From contig CBDFJG010000001.1 of assembly GCA_965248445.1 (NCBI GenBank), forward strand, positions 407,979-471,978: a stretch of DNA of 64,000 nucleotides, written 5' to 3'. This document shows positions 38,795 through 47,954 of the stretch, piece by piece. Origin of the DNA: Planctomycetota bacterium (GTDB taxonomy: Bacteria > Planctomycetota > JAJSAM01 > JAJVHW01). Each line of letters starts with the position of its first letter. Position 1 is the first letter of the stretch. The position numbers and the translations under genes were made by a program. The notes beneath the pieces were generated by a model. It worked only from the letters and a program-made list of their open reading frames with translations. It did not search any database and was not told where the DNA came from.

Positions 38795-39318
38795 GTGCGG
38801 CTCTCCTGCCAGCTGTGCAGCGTGGATGGCGCAACGCCGAATTCCCGCCCCGGATCGTGGCCGGCGACGCGCAGGATCATGGCGACGACTGCGAAGTGAT
38901 GGACTGTGTGGCTGATCAGTGACTGGAGTTCCCGATCGAGCGAAGACGTCGTCCAGGGAACCTCGTCAGAGCCGGTTTGGGCGGCGTCCAGGCGGACCAC
39001 GAGCGGCCGGGGCACACCAGCGCCACGCATCCCGCGAAGCCGCGACTTCACGTCCCGGAGCCGCTGGATCACCGCGCTGCAGCTCCGTTCCAGGCGCACG
39101 TCGCGCTCTCGCGCGTCGTAGTTCACGCGGCCGTCCACCAGCCCGGCGAAGAGGCACTCGTAGAAGTCGATGCAGTGGCGCACATGGCTGCCGACGCCGC
39201 TCGACGCCAGGCGCGGCTCCGAACGCGCGTATGTCGCGTCATCGAGTCTCTCGATAACGCGAATGCCCTCGTCGAGTATCCGAACGTTGCTGCGGATGAG
39301 CGCTTCTCGCTGACTCAT
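38782..39318 (-). CDS. DinB-like/four-helix-bundle metalloprotein family (putative)
   Basis: His-containing motifs HCIDFYE and HTVHHF. Assignment is tentative. Confidence 0.35.
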   Translation of the reverse strand: MSQREALIRSNVRILDEGIRVIERLDDATYARSEPRLASSGVGSHVRHCIDFYECLFAGLVDGRVNYDARERDVRLERSCSAVIQRLRDVKSRLRGMRGAGVPRPLVVRLDAAQTGSDEVPWTTSSLDRELQSLISHTVHHFAVVAMILRVAGHDPGREFGVAPSTLHSWQESRTCAP

Positions 39319-39358
39319 GACGTCTCCGGATGATGAACGACCACGCGTCTCGACATGC

Positions 39359-40120
39359 CTAACCGAGGACCGGTGTGAATTGTGCCTGGACCGACCGATG
39401 CGCCGCGCGCGCCAGCGCCTTGCGGTCCCCGTCCACCACGGGGTTGGCGCCGAACGCCACTCTCGCGCGCACGGAGGGTATCTGGAGCAGCCCGTACAGG
39501 TGCCGCCCGAACGTCATGTCGCCCCACCAGCAAACCGACGTACTCGGTGGATGGGCGGCGCTACCGGTCTGGTACGAGAGGCTCGCGCACCACACCGGGC
39601 GTCCCGTCCTCGCTGGAACCTCGAAGATCGACGGCTTGAAGTGCAGCACCTCCGAACCCGCGGTGCTCGTGCCCTCCGGGAAGACCACGACGCCCACGTC
39701 CTCGGCCAGCGTTCGTTCGACCTCCGCGATCGCGCGCCGCAGATCCGCCTTCCGTTCCCGGTCGACGAAGAGGGTGCCGGACGTCCGCGCCAAGAGCCCG
39801 ATGACAGGCCACCGCGCGACATCCGACTTCGCAACGAACACGCAGTCCGCCAGCGTCAGCAGCACGACGATGTCGAGGTACGACAAGTGGTTGCAGACGA
39901 GGAAGAACGGAGCTTGCGGTGCGTGTCCGACGGTCTCGGTGCGCACGCCGAGCAACCACGCGACACCGCGCGCCCAACTGCGCTTGACCCAGATCCGCGC
40001 CCGCGTACCGAGGCGGGGCGCGACCAGAGCCAGTACGCGCGCAGCCACCAGCGCGACGAACCACACGAACGTGTGAATGCAGAGCGCAGCAGCTCGGACC
40101 CCAGCCCTCAGGTGTCCCAT
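39359..40120 (-). CDS. olsA: lysophospholipid/lyso-ornithine-lipid O-acyltransferase (PlsC family)
   Basis: NHLSYLD (HX4D) and FPEGTS motifs. Directly downstream of an OlsB-like gene. Confidence 0.6.
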   Translation of the reverse strand: MGHLRAGVRAAALCIHTFVWFVALVAARVLALVAPRLGTRARIWVKRSWARGVAWLLGVRTETVGHAPQAPFFLVCNHLSYLDIVVLLTLADCVFVAKSDVARWPVIGLLARTSGTLFVDRERKADLRRAIAEVERTLAEDVGVVVFPEGTSTAGSEVLHFKPSIFEVPARTGRPVWCASLSYQTGSAAHPPSTSVCWWGDMTFGRHLYGLLQIPSVRARVAFGANPVVDGDRKALARAAHRSVQAQFTPVLG

Positions 40121-40151
40121 GTCGTGTCGATCCGTGCTCTCGGCGAGTCGC

Positions 40152-40943
40152 TCACCGCGTGAAGGTCCGGAACGTCCGCTCGTCCATCGCGGCGACGTCG
40201 AGAATCGTGAGGAAGTCGATCGTGCCGAAGAAGCGGTCGAGAGCCGGCTCGCTGGCCACCTTGGCTCCATAGCGCAGGTAGGTGCTGAACAGCGTAGGGA
40301 TGGGTGCGTCCTCGCGACTCGGCACGTAGTCGTCCACGACACACGCGTAGCTCGGCAGCACGGGCACGAGCCAATCCGGGTGCGCGTGTCCCATGCGCCG
40401 CAGCTGATCGTGGAAGCGGAGGCCCTCGAGCGGGTCCTGGCTCGTCAGTGACGAGCATCCGAAGAAGTAGCGCTTCCTGTTCCACAGCACATATGAGGCG
40501 AGCCCCTTCCAGAGCAGGAACAGGACGGTGCGGTTGCGATGCTCCTTCGCGATGCACGCGCGACCGAGCTCGATCGACTGCGCGACGACTTCCGCAGGGA
40601 GGCCCGAGAGATCGAACTCGGTTTCCGCGTAGAAACCGTTCGCACGCTCGGCAGACTCGGCCACCTGCATCCGGTAGGTGCCGATGGTGCTGTCGCTCTC
40701 GTCGTCGATCACCATGACGTGCTCGCATTGTGCGTCGAAGCGGTCCGAGTCCCTGCCGGTGTCGAACGACTCTTCTAGTCCCTCCCCCATCTCGAGGTTG
40801 AACACCTCGAAGCGCATGCGAAACACGGCATCGAGGTCGGCCTCCGACCGCGCGAAGCGGACCCGGTACCGGCCGCGAACGTGATCGAGGTCCGGCGTCA
40901 GAGCTGTGAGTGCCGACCGACGGGCGTGGACGGTGTCGGACAT
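40152..40943 (-). CDS. olsB: ornithine N-acyltransferase-like (GNAT-fold putative-hemolysin family)
   Basis: OlsB family architecture of about 260 aa. Paired with a PlsC-family gene. Confidence 0.55.
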   Translation of the reverse strand: MSDTVHARRSALTALTPDLDHVRGRYRVRFARSEADLDAVFRMRFEVFNLEMGEGLEESFDTGRDSDRFDAQCEHVMVIDDESDSTIGTYRMQVAESAERANGFYAETEFDLSGLPAEVVAQSIELGRACIAKEHRNRTVLFLLWKGLASYVLWNRKRYFFGCSSLTSQDPLEGLRFHDQLRRMGHAHPDWLVPVLPSYACVVDDYVPSREDAPIPTLFSTYLRYGAKVASEPALDRFFGTIDFLTILDVAAMDERTFRTFTR

Positions 40944-40952
40944 GACGCTCTC

Positions 40953-41708
40953 CTACTCGAGTCTCCTATACGTCCCCGGATCGGCGTAGAGCACGAGCTG
41001 ATCGCCCGCTCGACGCAGCGTGCCGGTGACTTCGAGTGGCTCGGCCACCATGTCGAGCACCTCGCTGTTCACGGTGCGGCCCTCGGACGAGACGAGAAGG
41101 TAGTACGTCGCGATCCCCGATGCGTCGCGGGCCAGCAGGACCGGCGGGATCCCACCGCTGATGCAGCGGGTCGCACACGCGCGGTGCGGCTTCAGATTTC
41201 CGGGCTTCATCACTCCGAGGAAGCACTTGCTGTCGACGATCTCACCTCGGATCGTCTGCCGTCCCAGATCCTCAATCACGGACGAAGGCGGCGGCCCCGC
41301 CCCGGCGACCTGCTCGATCGTCCCGTCCGCGATCTCGATCATGGTGCGGTGATCGCGGTAGACCAGCGTGCCATCGAGGCGAACGCGCTGTCCGTCCAGT
41401 CCACTGACGGCATCGCCGGCGCCGTGTTTCCCGAACACGACGAGCAGGTAGCGCGACGTGCCCGCTCCGGTACCCGGACGCTCGACGATCAGCGTCGGAT
41501 AGGGCTTCGCCTCGATCCAGCCCTCGAACGAACGCACCGTGCCGAACTCGAAGTTCGATTGCGCGAACGGTCTCTGACTCGCGGAGAACACGGCCGCAAG
41601 TGCGACGCACGCGACGAGCACGATCAGGAGCCGGCCGCGGACGAACCGCGCCAGCGATGCGGGCGCGTCGGGCTTGTACCCGACGTAGAAGTCGCCGTCG
41701 TCAGCCAT
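40953..41708 (-). CDS. membrane-anchored hypothetical protein
   Basis: N-terminal TM helix. No recognisable domain. Confidence 0.4.
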   Translation of the reverse strand: MADDGDFYVGYKPDAPASLARFVRGRLLIVLVACVALAAVFSASQRPFAQSNFEFGTVRSFEGWIEAKPYPTLIVERPGTGAGTSRYLLVVFGKHGAGDAVSGLDGQRVRLDGTLVYRDHRTMIEIADGTIEQVAGAGPPPSSVIEDLGRQTIRGEIVDSKCFLGVMKPGNLKPHRACATRCISGGIPPVLLARDASGIATYYLLVSSEGRTVNSEVLDMVAEPLEVTGTLRRAGDQLVLYADPGTYRRLE

Positions 41709-42768
41709 CGTTCACCACCTCGGACGCGCCGGGGATCGCCGCCGGCGTAACGTGAGTGCCGGCGGCCAGCGGCTGCGGGTGGACGAGGACTCGCCCGTCC
41801 TCGACGCGCACGCGGAACGTCGGCACCTTCTCCGTGAACGGCTCGGGCGATCGCCCGCAGTCCGGCTTGTACTCGTAGCCGTGCCACGGGCAGACGACGC
41901 ACCCATTGACGATTCGCCCTTCGCCCAGCGGACCGTTCTGGTGCTGGCACGCGTTCGAGAGAGCGGAGACCTTCCCGTCGTACCGGAAGACCGCGACGCG
42001 ATCTCCGGAGAGGGCGAACGTGCGCCCGCGACCCTCTCTGAGATCGCCGACCGCGCAGAGGTCCACGAACCCTTCGTCCCGTGTTGCCGGGCGCGCCGGT
42101 TCCGCGTCCCGGCGCCGCTCCCGCAGGCCCGCAACGAGGTGCAACCCGAGCACCCAGGCCATGCCGACACCGAGGGCGCCGGCCAGGATCGGACTCGTCT
42201 CGGCCTGCAACACGCCGAGAACCACGTGCATGACGATCAGTCCGTACGCGAGATACACGAGCATGTGCAGCGCCTTCCAGAGCGGCGCCGTCAGGTTCGC
42301 GAGCCAGAAGTCATGGCTTGTGGCCGCCATGAGAAACAGGATGCCGAGAGCGATCAGACCGAGCGGTTGGAACGGGAACTGCGCGATGCTCTCGAACCGC
42401 GTGTTGGAGACCAGCACACTGACGAGGGGGTTCACATCGCCCAGTGCGTGGAACTGTACGAGCGAGAACCCGCCGTGCAGCAGCGCCACGAAGAACATCG
42501 AGACGCCCAGGTGCCTGCGGTTGTAGAGCAGCGGCAGGAAGCGGCGATCGAGGCGGCACAGCGGACCGATCGACAGGACCACGTGGAGCATCAAGAACGC
42601 GCAGGTGCCGAGCGCCCGGATGAGCATGGTCTCGGCCGTCGCCTCCGGGTGGATCGCGAACCCCGCCCCCACGAAGATGGCGAGATACCCGACCACGCCG
42701 ACCGCGATGACCTTGTCGTAGATCTTCTTCTGGCGATTCCAGCCGACAGCCTTGTAGGTGAGACTCAT
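41701..42768 (-). CDS. polytopic membrane protein with C-terminal Rieske [2Fe-2S] domain
   Basis: ATG at 42768 with an ATGA overlap onto the upstream gene. About 6 TM helices. Rieske ligands CQHQNGPLGEG...CPWHGYEY. Confidence 0.6.
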   Translation of the reverse strand: MSLTYKAVGWNRQKKIYDKVIAVGVVGYLAIFVGAGFAIHPEATAETMLIRALGTCAFLMLHVVLSIGPLCRLDRRFLPLLYNRRHLGVSMFFVALLHGGFSLVQFHALGDVNPLVSVLVSNTRFESIAQFPFQPLGLIALGILFLMAATSHDFWLANLTAPLWKALHMLVYLAYGLIVMHVVLGVLQAETSPILAGALGVGMAWVLGLHLVAGLRERRRDAEPARPATRDEGFVDLCAVGDLREGRGRTFALSGDRVAVFRYDGKVSALSNACQHQNGPLGEGRIVNGCVVCPWHGYEYKPDCGRSPEPFTEKVPTFRVRVEDGRVLVHPQPLAAGTHVTPAAIPGASEVVNDG

Positions 42769-43241
42769 CGCGCTGCTCCGACGTCGGCGCGTCCGACGAT
42801 CTCCTGGTGCGCCAGGCTGTAGAGCACAAGGTCGCCCGTGTCCCGCCGGCCTTCCGGGACATCGAAGCGGTGCAAGCCCGAGCCGCCGACCGTGCCCAGC
42901 AGATACGCGTCCGCCGGAATCCCATCGCCCTCGACTCCCGACAGCGACCAATAGAGCAGCAGGTCCGGCCGGCGCAGATCGTCGCCCACCTCGAGTTCGA
43001 TCGAGTTGCCGCCCGGCGGCGGGCCGCCGGCCAGGCGACGCGTCACGATCGGCAGCTCGCCCCACAGCGTCGCCGACTCCCATAGGAGGTGACCGGACTG
43101 CACCACGGACTGTCCCGGCGCAGGGCCGTCGGTGCTGGGAATCTCCGTGCGCGCGAGCAGCCCGGCGGCGAAGCCCACCGGTAGCAACAGAGCAAGCGCG
43201 GCCAGGACACGGAGGTGGCGCGAGCGGAGGCGGCTGATCAC
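42765..43241 (-). CDS. secreted hypothetical protein
   Basis: GTG start with a GGAGAG RBS. Signal peptide. Confidence 0.4.
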   Translation of the reverse strand: MISRLRSRHLRVLAALALLLPVGFAAGLLARTEIPSTDGPAPGQSVVQSGHLLWESATLWGELPIVTRRLAGGPPPGGNSIELEVGDDLRRPDLLLYWSLSGVEGDGIPADAYLLGTVGGSGLHRFDVPEGRRDTGDLVLYSLAHQEIVGRADVGAAR

Positions 43242-43501
43242 GTGAGGCTCTCCGCTGCATCTCGGTGCGCGGATCGCTCCGTCGGCGGAGCCGCGTCCCG
43301 GCGGGCCCAGCGCAGCAGGAGGTACGGCCACAGGGCCGCGGCGCCCGGCAGGATCAACAGTTTGAATCCCCAGGTGCTGCCGGCAGCAACCGGATCGATC
43401 CGGCGCGCGCCAACGCTCGCAAACGCGATTGCGAACAGCAGTCCGATGCCCGCATAGAGCAGCAGCGCCAGGACGATCGCCTCCGCTGTCCCGTGAGACA
43501 T
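43238..43501 (-). CDS. small two-TM membrane protein
   Basis: GGAGGGGAAGG RBS. 87 aa. Confidence 0.45.
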   Translation of the reverse strand: MSHGTAEAIVLALLLYAGIGLLFAIAFASVGARRIDPVAAGSTWGFKLLILPGAAALWPYLLLRWARRDAAPPTERSAHRDAAESLT

Positions 43502-43677
43502 TCAGCCTTCCCCTCCGTGCGCGACCTCGAATGGCCCAACGCGGTAGGCTCTCCGAACCGAGACCCACGTCTCCCCATTCCGTCCCTGCACGATTTTGCC
43601 GTACCTCGTCTCCGGGCCGTGCAGAGGAATATGAGGAGCTACCGGAGGGTTCGACAGGCTCGACAGCAGGGGGAAGC

Positions 43678-45306
43678 ATGGGGAACGTGTCCGTTGCGCG
43701 CTGGGATGAACTGGAGGACCGCGCTCCGGCGCATGCTCTGGTCGAGGGTGTCGACCTCGTGGTCGTCCGCTACGACGACAGTGTGTCCGTTTTCTACGGA
43801 CGCTGTCTGCACCGCGGGGCACTGCTCTCCGACGGCTTCGTGCGCGGCCAGGATCTGATCTGCGGCGTCCACGACTGGGACTACCGGCTGGACAGCGGGG
43901 TCAGCGCGTACAAGAACGACGAGGTGCTCCCTCGCTTCCGCTCCTGGCGCGAGGACGGCAACGTCCTGGTGGATGACACCGAGATCGCCGCGTGGGCGCT
44001 CGAGCATCCGCAGCCGTTCAACCGGGCGGCGTTCCAGGGCGCGTATCAGGACATCCACGGCACTCCGGACGAGCCCCGCACCAAGCTGATCCAGAAGCTC
44101 GCAGCGAAGGGCATCGAGGGCGTCGGGCACCACGGCCCGGTGGCGGCCATGGGAGTACCGGCACCGAACCTCCCTCGGTGGGACGACATCCAGTTCGTGA
44201 CAGCGCAGCTCTGGAAGGTCCCCCAGCTCGATGAGGTGCCGGTCGCCAGCGAGGTGGTGATCGGGCCGGGGGCAAAGAAGCCACTGCGGCTCGATATCCC
44301 GCTCTTCGTATCGGACATGAGCTTCGGCGCGCTGTCCGAGGAGGCGAAGGTGTCGCTCGCGATGGGCGCGGAGCTCGCCGGGACCGGGATCTGTTCCGGC
44401 GAGGGCGGGATGCTGCCCGAGGAGCAGGCCGAGAACTCGCGCTACTTCTACGAGCTCGCATCCGCCCGCTTCGGCTTCTCCATGGACAAGCTGCGACGCG
44501 TGCAAGCGTTCCACTTCAAGGGCGGTCAGGGTGCGAAGACCGGCACCGGAGGCCACCTGCCGGGGTCGAAGGTGAAGGGCAAGATCGCGGAGGTGCGCCA
44601 GCTCCCCGAGGGGCAACAGGCGGTCTCGCCGGCTCGGTTCCCCGAGTGGGACTCTCTCGAACCGTTCAAGGAGTTCTCCCACGCCGTGCGCGAGGAGACC
44701 GGGGGGATCCCGATCGGGTTCAAGCTCTCGGCCCAGCACGTGGAGAAGGACATCGACGCCGCCCTCGAGATCGGCGTCGACTACATCATCCTGGACGGCC
44801 GCGGCGGCGGCACCGGTGCGGCACCGCTCATCTTCCGCAACAACATCTCCGTGCCGACCATCCCGGCGCTGGCGCGCGCGCGGCGCCACCTTGATCGCTG
44901 TGGCGCGGACCAGGTGTCGCTCGTCATCACCGGCGGCCTGCGCGTACCGGACGACTTCGCGAAGGCGTTGGCGCTCGGCGCCGACGCGGTCGCGGTGTCG
45001 AACGCCGCCATGCAGGCGATCGGCTGCATCGCGATGCGCGCGTGCCACACCAACAACTGCCCTGTCGGGATCGCGACACAGAAGAAGCACCTGCGCGAGC
45101 GCCTCCCGGTGAACGAAGCAGCCAAGCGGCTGCACCGGTTCTTCCACGCATCGACGCACCTCATGCAGGTGCTGGCGCGAGCCTGCGGGCACACGCGCCT
45201 CGATCAGTTCAACGTCGACGACCTGACGACCTGGAAGCGCGACATGGCGCACCTCGCGGGCATCCGCTACGCGGGCGTGGGGTCGGTACAGGGAGAGGAC
45301 CGGTGA
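43678..45306 (+). CDS. Rieske [2Fe-2S] domain fused to glutamate-synthase-type FMN domain (GltS central-domain-like)
   Basis: Rieske ligands CLHRG...CGVHDWDY. GltB FMN-domain motifs (GEGGMLPEE, FKGGQGAKTGTGGHLPG, ILDGRGGGTGAAP). Confidence 0.7.
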   Translation: MGNVSVARWDELEDRAPAHALVEGVDLVVVRYDDSVSVFYGRCLHRGALLSDGFVRGQDLICGVHDWDYRLDSGVSAYKNDEVLPRFRSWREDGNVLVDDTEIAAWALEHPQPFNRAAFQGAYQDIHGTPDEPRTKLIQKLAAKGIEGVGHHGPVAAMGVPAPNLPRWDDIQFVTAQLWKVPQLDEVPVASEVVIGPGAKKPLRLDIPLFVSDMSFGALSEEAKVSLAMGAELAGTGICSGEGGMLPEEQAENSRYFYELASARFGFSMDKLRRVQAFHFKGGQGAKTGTGGHLPGSKVKGKIAEVRQLPEGQQAVSPARFPEWDSLEPFKEFSHAVREETGGIPIGFKLSAQHVEKDIDAALEIGVDYIILDGRGGGTGAAPLIFRNNISVPTIPALARARRHLDRCGADQVSLVITGGLRVPDDFAKALALGADAVAVSNAAMQAIGCIAMRACHTNNCPVGIATQKKHLRERLPVNEAAKRLHRFFHASTHLMQVLARACGHTRLDQFNVDDLTTWKRDMAHLAGIRYAGVGSVQGEDR

Positions 45307-47232
45307 CCGCACCGCAGGCCGGGAGCACCGAGAGCCGCACCGTCTGGCACCGCGCCCTCGCGCCCGAAGAGTTGCCGGAGGGGCGTGTCACCTCCGTCAC
45401 CTGCGGACTGAAGACGCTCTGCGTGACGCACTTCGGTGGCGAGTACGCGGCGCTCGACAACCGTTGCCCTCACCAGGGTGGCCCGCTCGGCGAAGGCTCC
45501 ATCGAGAAAGGACTGTTGCGCTGCCCCTGGCACGGCTGGGACTACCACCCGACCACGGGCAAGGCGCCCGGCTTCGACGACGGTGTGGAGACGTTCCCGA
45601 TACAGGTTCGCGAGGACGGCGTCTACGTGGGCCTCGAAGAGGAGCAGCCGCACGTCACCACGGTCTCCGACGTGATGGTCGAGACGATGGTGAACTGGGG
45701 TGTCACGTCGGTGTTCGGCATCGTGGGACACAGCAACCTCGGGCTCTCGGACGCCGTCCGCGTCCAGGCCGAGGGCGGCGGACTGCAGTACTTCGGGGTT
45801 CGTCACGAGGGCGCCGCGTCGTTCGCCGTGTCCGCCTACGGCAAGCTCACCGGGCGGCCTGCCGCATGCCTTGCAATCGCGGGTCCCGGCGCGACGAACC
45901 TGCTCACGGGACTGTGGGACGCGAACGTGGACCGCGCACCGGCGCTGGCACTGACCGGTCAGGTCGACACCCAGGTCCTCGGCCCCGGCGCGTTCCAGGA
46001 AGTGGACCTCGTCGCGGCATTCGGCCGTGTAGCGCAGTGGGCACAACCGGTGCTGCACACGAGCAGACATTCGGAACTCGTGAATCTCGCGTGCAAGAGC
46101 GCGATCCTGAATCGCGGGGTGTCGCACCTGATCTTCCCCGACGAGGTGCAGGTGCTGCCCGCGCCCGCCGGAGCGAAGGCGGGCGGACCGGCTGGGCGGC
46201 TGCCCGCTCGCGAGATCGCACCGGCTGCGGAGGCACTTGATGAGGCTCTCGCGCTGCTGCGCCGGTCCAAGCGCCCGCTGATCATCGTCGGCCACGGCGC
46301 GCGCTTCCACATGGACGGCGTGATCGCGTTGGCGGAGCGACTGGGCGCCGCGGTCGCCACCACGTTCAAGGGAAAGGGCCTGATCGCAGACGACCACGAG
46401 CTCGCGTGTGGTGTGCTCGGGCGCAGCGGGACCCCCATCGCCAGACACGGGGATCACACCCAAGAGGCCGACCATCCAGGTCGACTTCGACGCGATGACG
46501 CTGGGCAAGTTCCACGCCGTGGACGTGCCCGTGCTGGGCGAGATCGGCGTCACGACAGGGCTTCTGAGAGAGCGCCTGACTGACGGCGACCTCTGGGTCG
46601 ACCAGCGGTCGGATGTGGCGGCCCGTTGGACGATCTGGCGCGCAGAGAAGACCCGTCGCGAACAGGACGACTCCGGCAGCGGCATCAACTCGGCGGCCAT
46701 CTTCGCTGCGCTGAACAGGACGCTGCCCGCGGACGCGATCATCGCCGTCGACGTCGGCAACAACACCTACTCGTTCGGACGCTACTTCGAGCCGCGGCAA
46801 CAGGCCGTGCTGATGTCGGGTTACCTGGGTTCGATCGGATTTGCCCTGCCGGCGGCGATGGGTGCATGGGCCGCGACGCAGGAAGACGATCCACGCTTCA
46901 AGGGCCGCACCGTGGTCTCCATCTCGGGCGATGGCGGGTTCGGCCAGTACATGGTCGAACTGCTCACAGCGGTGAAGTACGGCATGAACATCACACACGT
47001 CCTGCTGAACAACAGCGAACTGGGGAAGATCAGCAAGGAGCAGCGCGCCGGCAAGTGGCACGTCTGGCAGACATCACTGCACAACCCCGACTTCGCGGAG
47101 TACGCCCGCATCTGCGGCGCACACGGGGCGCGCGTGACCGAGAAGAGCGACCTGGATGCCGCGCTCTCGGCTGCCCTGGCGTACGACGGCCCGGCGCTGG
47201 TCGAGATCGTCTCCGACGCGCTGCTCGTGTAG
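45303..47232 (+). pseudogene. Rieske [2Fe-2S] domain fused to thiamine-pyrophosphate enzyme (ALS/POX-like); reading frame switches 0 to +1 near 46440-46470 with about 40 expected residues missing
   Basis: GTGA overlap with the upstream stop. Rieske CPHQGGPLGEG...CPWHGWDY. TPP N-terminal and central domains end at GVLGRSGTPIA; the TPP-binding C-terminal domain (GDGGFGQYM) continues in the +1 frame. Confidence 0.5.
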
Positions 47233-47250
47233 CAGACGCAGGCGAGCCGT

Positions 47251-47295
47251 TCAGTACACGATGCGGTCGGGCTCGACGGCGGGCGTGAGGCGCCG
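47251..47295. repeat. direct repeat copy A (22/22 nt identical, ~45 nt similar) duplicating the 3' end of gene 47910..50114
   Basis: tcagtacacgatgcggtcgggc is identical at 47251 and 47910. On the minus strand copy A encodes ...TPAVEPDRIVY* versus ...TPALVPDRIVY* at the intact gene end. Confidence 0.7.
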
Positions 47296-47439
47296 TCGAT
47301 CGTCGCCTGCCGTGGTAGGTTCTCGCTGCGTTCGATGGTCACCCGAGCACAAGCGATCGAAAGCCGCGGCGTTGTCCGCGCCGCGAGAGCACATCCCGGA
47401 GACTGAGATGCAGAAGAGCCCCGTCACGGGGTCGGACCA

Positions 47440-47796
47440 ATGCCGCACGAGCTAACCGTTGCGGTCGAATGGGTCGTCCACGCGATCAACATCGTCACCA
47501 TCCTGGTGCTCGTCTGGGGCGTTGCGCGCGGATTCGTGCAGTTCGTCGCGTGCGAGCTGCGCCGCGTCGGTTCGGCCGCGCGCGCCGCCGCGCAGGCGAG
47601 GCTGCGCCGGCAGGTCGGGTTCTACCTGCTCTTCGGCCTCGAACTGTTGATCGCCGGCGACGTGATCGAGACCATGATCAAGCCAAGCCTGGAGCAACTG
47701 GCGATCCTCGCAGGAGTTTCGGCGATCCGTATCGTCACTGGGTACGCCCTCGGGCGCGAGTTGAGTGCAGAACACGAGGGCGTTTCGAACGCCTGA
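47440..47796 (+). CDS. DUF1622 family membrane protein
   Basis: 118 aa with two TM helices. Sits between the two direct-repeat copies. Confidence 0.55.
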   Translation: MPHELTVAVEWVVHAINIVTILVLVWGVARGFVQFVACELRRVGSAARAAAQARLRRQVGFYLLFGLELLIAGDVIETMIKPSLEQLAILAGVSAIRIVTGYALGRELSAEHEGVSNA

Positions 47797-47909
47797 TGGC
47801 AGCTCGCTTCGATGCATAGCGCCGCCGGACCCGACGAACTGCCCCGTCGTCCCCGCTACGCGGGCGCGGGTTCGGTGCACGGAGAGCACCGATGAAGGTG
47901 CGTTGACCG

Positions 47910-47954
47910 TCAGTACACGATGCGGTCGGGCACGAGCGCCGGGGTGACCTCGGC
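47910..47954. repeat. direct repeat copy B (native 3' end of CAP/P-domain gene)
   Basis: See copy A. Confidence 0.7.

Noticed and set aside
47251-47448. 65-aa minus-strand ORF as a genuine gene
   Set aside because: Only its last ~14 codons resemble anything (the duplicated tail of the CAP/P-domain gene). It also overlaps the DUF1622 gene start region. I treat it as a duplicated gene-end remnant rather than a functional CDS.
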